In this document: positions 61,971 through 64,000 of the stretch, one piece after another | Position numbering within the stretch: position 1 is the stretch's first letter | How the letters are laid out: each line of letters starts with the position of its first letter | Assembly (NCBI RefSeq): GCF_023055435.1 | Contig: NW_025963791.1 | Coordinates: forward strand, 26,350,001-26,414,000 | Origin: Haliotis rufescens | Taxonomy: Eukaryota | Direction of reading: 5' to 3' | DNA: 64,000 nucleotides | Position numbers and translations under genes: made by a program | Notes under the pieces: model-generated | The model's database searches: none | Told to the model about the DNA's origin: nothing | What the model saw: the letters and a program-made list of their open reading frames with translations, nothing else

Positions 61971-62444
61971 TACAGGGTGCCGCTTTGGGCAAGCTCAGTG
62001 TCGTGTTCTCCAGGAAAAATTTCCCGTGCCGTTTTGACCTGACCCCTACTAGTAGGTAGAAATGGCTCGATCAGCTTTCGGTACTGCATAGTTGCTGGCT
62101 ACAGTGTAAATCACCTCATAGTCACTCATTCACTTCATGGGGACAAGTCTTCTCTTTTGGACAATTTCCATGAATTATAATGTTCTAAGATGTACCAACG
62201 TCAATATTTTGAGCTGGTGAAATTCGACACAGATAAGGTAAGGTTGTTAAAGCACAAGACAAAATGTCCGTACAACACGGTGTATTTTAATGTAGATATT
62301 ATATACACACCCAATATCTTTCTTTTGGGGAGTGGTAATATATACGTAGGAGTGGTGGGTCGGAGAACGAGTTCATATCCGTTTGTGTTTTAAATATAAG
62401 ACCATGGACATGTATATATCATTGTTATTATATACTGATCTTGT

Positions 62445-63089
62445 GGATAACGCGTCTGTCCGGAGAACGGTAGGTCGCTTGTTCGATACCCGGTCGCGAC
62501 ATACCAAACGAGGTTAAAAGATGGTACTTGTTACCATTGGGTATCCATGTTAAACTTAGCTCAGGGAAAAAGGCCTAGTGAATTCTACCGACTTGATTAG
62601 TAACAGCGACCAGGAAATGAGTAAGGGGCCGACAACTGACTTTCACAAAAATACATAGTTGCAATGTGTTTTCTAAAACATTTATTTTGGCTCATAGTAA
62701 TTTTTTTTCTCATTTTGCAATTGTAGTTGAAAAAAATAACTGGTCTCAATACACAGCACTTATTCAATTAGTAGTCCTTTGAAATATGGATAGTAATCTT
62801 GACTAAGTGAATAGTAAACTTGACTAATCTACGGAAGACACCTATTAGTTTAATTAGTAAAATAATTACTATCTGGCTAGTAAAGTCTACCAAACAAGTT
62901 AGTGTCCGAGTGGACAGTAAAATTCACTTTTTAAGGTAGTAATTTTACTATTTATGTTGCGGCATGATATCTCAGTGGGCTAGCACTATAAAACCCATAT
63001 TAGTCCGGACGAGTACACGCATCCACACGCACAGTGTGTGCAATAAGTATAAATAATCTTGAACGTAAAACCCCATTTCATCTCACCAC
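62445..63089 (+). mobile_element. SINE family A copy split by an insertion of about 400 bp (about 62557-62956)
   Basis: Head and core to ...CATGTTAAACT 62556; resumes TGCGGCATGATATCTCAGTGGGCTAGCAC at 62957. Confidence 0.7.
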
Positions 63090-63313
63090 ATTGTCATTTC
63101 AACTTTATCATTAGCTTCTGTGCATGTGAAAATCAAACACCGACATAATTCATATTTCACAAAGTGACAGTAAATGTATGAGAAAAGTCATCAAAGGGAT
63201 ATGAAAACATTACATCACATTTCAGTGTCAAATTGCTTCCAGTTTGAATAAGATGCACACTTCGAGACTTCGTCAAACGCAAATCTTCTCTACAGGTCAC
63301 GTATATGTGTGAT

Positions 63314-64000
63314 TCATAATCTTGAACTCTCAGTGTATTGACTGGATCTGGACCCAGTCAAGTCTGCCCTCGGCTGATGACACACCTTCCTCCACATCCT
63401 GTAGACTCGGCGGTTGGCCACGTATGACATGAAGATGAACGCTCCCTGGCACCCATTCAGGACAATTGAGATGTAGGATAAAGCGCTGATGGCGGTAACC
63501 TCGGCCAAAATAGCCAGCCCCCAAAACACTCCCGTCAGAGTCGACAGTTTGATATAGACAAACATGTTTCTCCTATCAGGCGAGGATGTTTTCTCAATTT
63601 TACTGATCTTGGATATCGTACAGATAGTGAAGGCGAATAGGAACGTATTCACCGCAATAGTGATTCCAAGAGGAAGAACGAACGCCAGACCATTGACCAT
63701 TGGATCGCTTATGTAGCATAACCGTTTTCCATACCCAATGGACGTACCGTTAGAAATTGCATAGTTAGCACCAATGGTTGCTGAAACAATTGCAGATGCA
63801 AATCCATAGACGTAAAAGGCATACTTCAATAGAGTTTTCCAATGAACGGAATGGGCAACCCTACCCTTTGCAGATGAGGCAAAGACTCTGAACATATGGA
63901 AACAACAGACGTTCATCCAGAACACCACCGTCAGCCACAAGAAATGGATGGCAACACCAATTATTTGGCAGGCCATTTTGTTCCCCGTACCTCCAGCACC
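63314..64000 (-). CDS. Class B (adhesion/Methuselah-like) 7TM G-protein-coupled receptor, TM3-TM7 and C-tail; 5' part lies outside the window
   Basis: Frame is open to the window edge. Motifs C..IGVAIHFLWLTVVFWM, Y..Y.F, GYG..LCYI, F..P...I..N, YIKLSTLTG.FW, LNGCQG.FIF..Y are typical of the 7tm_2 family. Confidence 0.9.
   Translation of the reverse strand, partial: GAGGTGNKMACQIIGVAIHFLWLTVVFWMNVCCFHMFRVFASSAKGRVAHSVHWKTLLKYAFYVYGFASAIVSATIGANYAISNGTSIGYGKRLCYISDPMVNGLAFVLPLGITIAVNTFLFAFTICTISKISKIEKTSSPDRRNMFVYIKLSTLTGVFWGLAILAEVTAISALSYISIVLNGCQGAFIFMSYVANRRVYRMWRKVCHQPRADLTGSRSSQYTESSRL

Overview
Eukaryotic, intron-rich, AT-rich animal DNA. The SINE/MITE content suggests a mollusc, possibly a gastropod such as abalone (inference). 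There are three protein-coding genes, all on the minus strand. (1) A V-ATPase V0 subunit a (ATP6V0A family) with 8 coding exons at 72-7494 that runs off the left edge; a candidate non-coding first exon and promoter lie near 25.2 kb. (2) A complete GH31 lysosomal alpha-glucosidase (GAA-like) with 19 coding exons at 32727-56493, encoding 1038 aa by my exon assembly; its candidate promoter is near 59.6 kb. (3) The 3' part of a class-B (adhesion/Methuselah-like) 7TM receptor at 63314-64000, with no intron in the visible part. Introns and intergenic DNA hold six minisatellites, at least four SINE families with related 3' tails, hAT, Tc1/pogo, Harbinger-like and P-like MITEs, three AcademH-like elements with RecQ-helicase remnants, and a decayed DIRS1-like retroelement. 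I found no clearly new system. The best leads are: two adjacent lysosomal genes with MiT/TFE (CLEAR/M-box)-like motifs at their predicted start sites; a GAA with a type-II anchor and a cytosolic YKKL motif; and a G-rich minisatellite built from a GAA splice donor. The long ORFs in the track at 28-30, 35-36, 38-40, 42-43 and 48-50 kb are tandem-repeat artefacts. All coordinates were read by eye.
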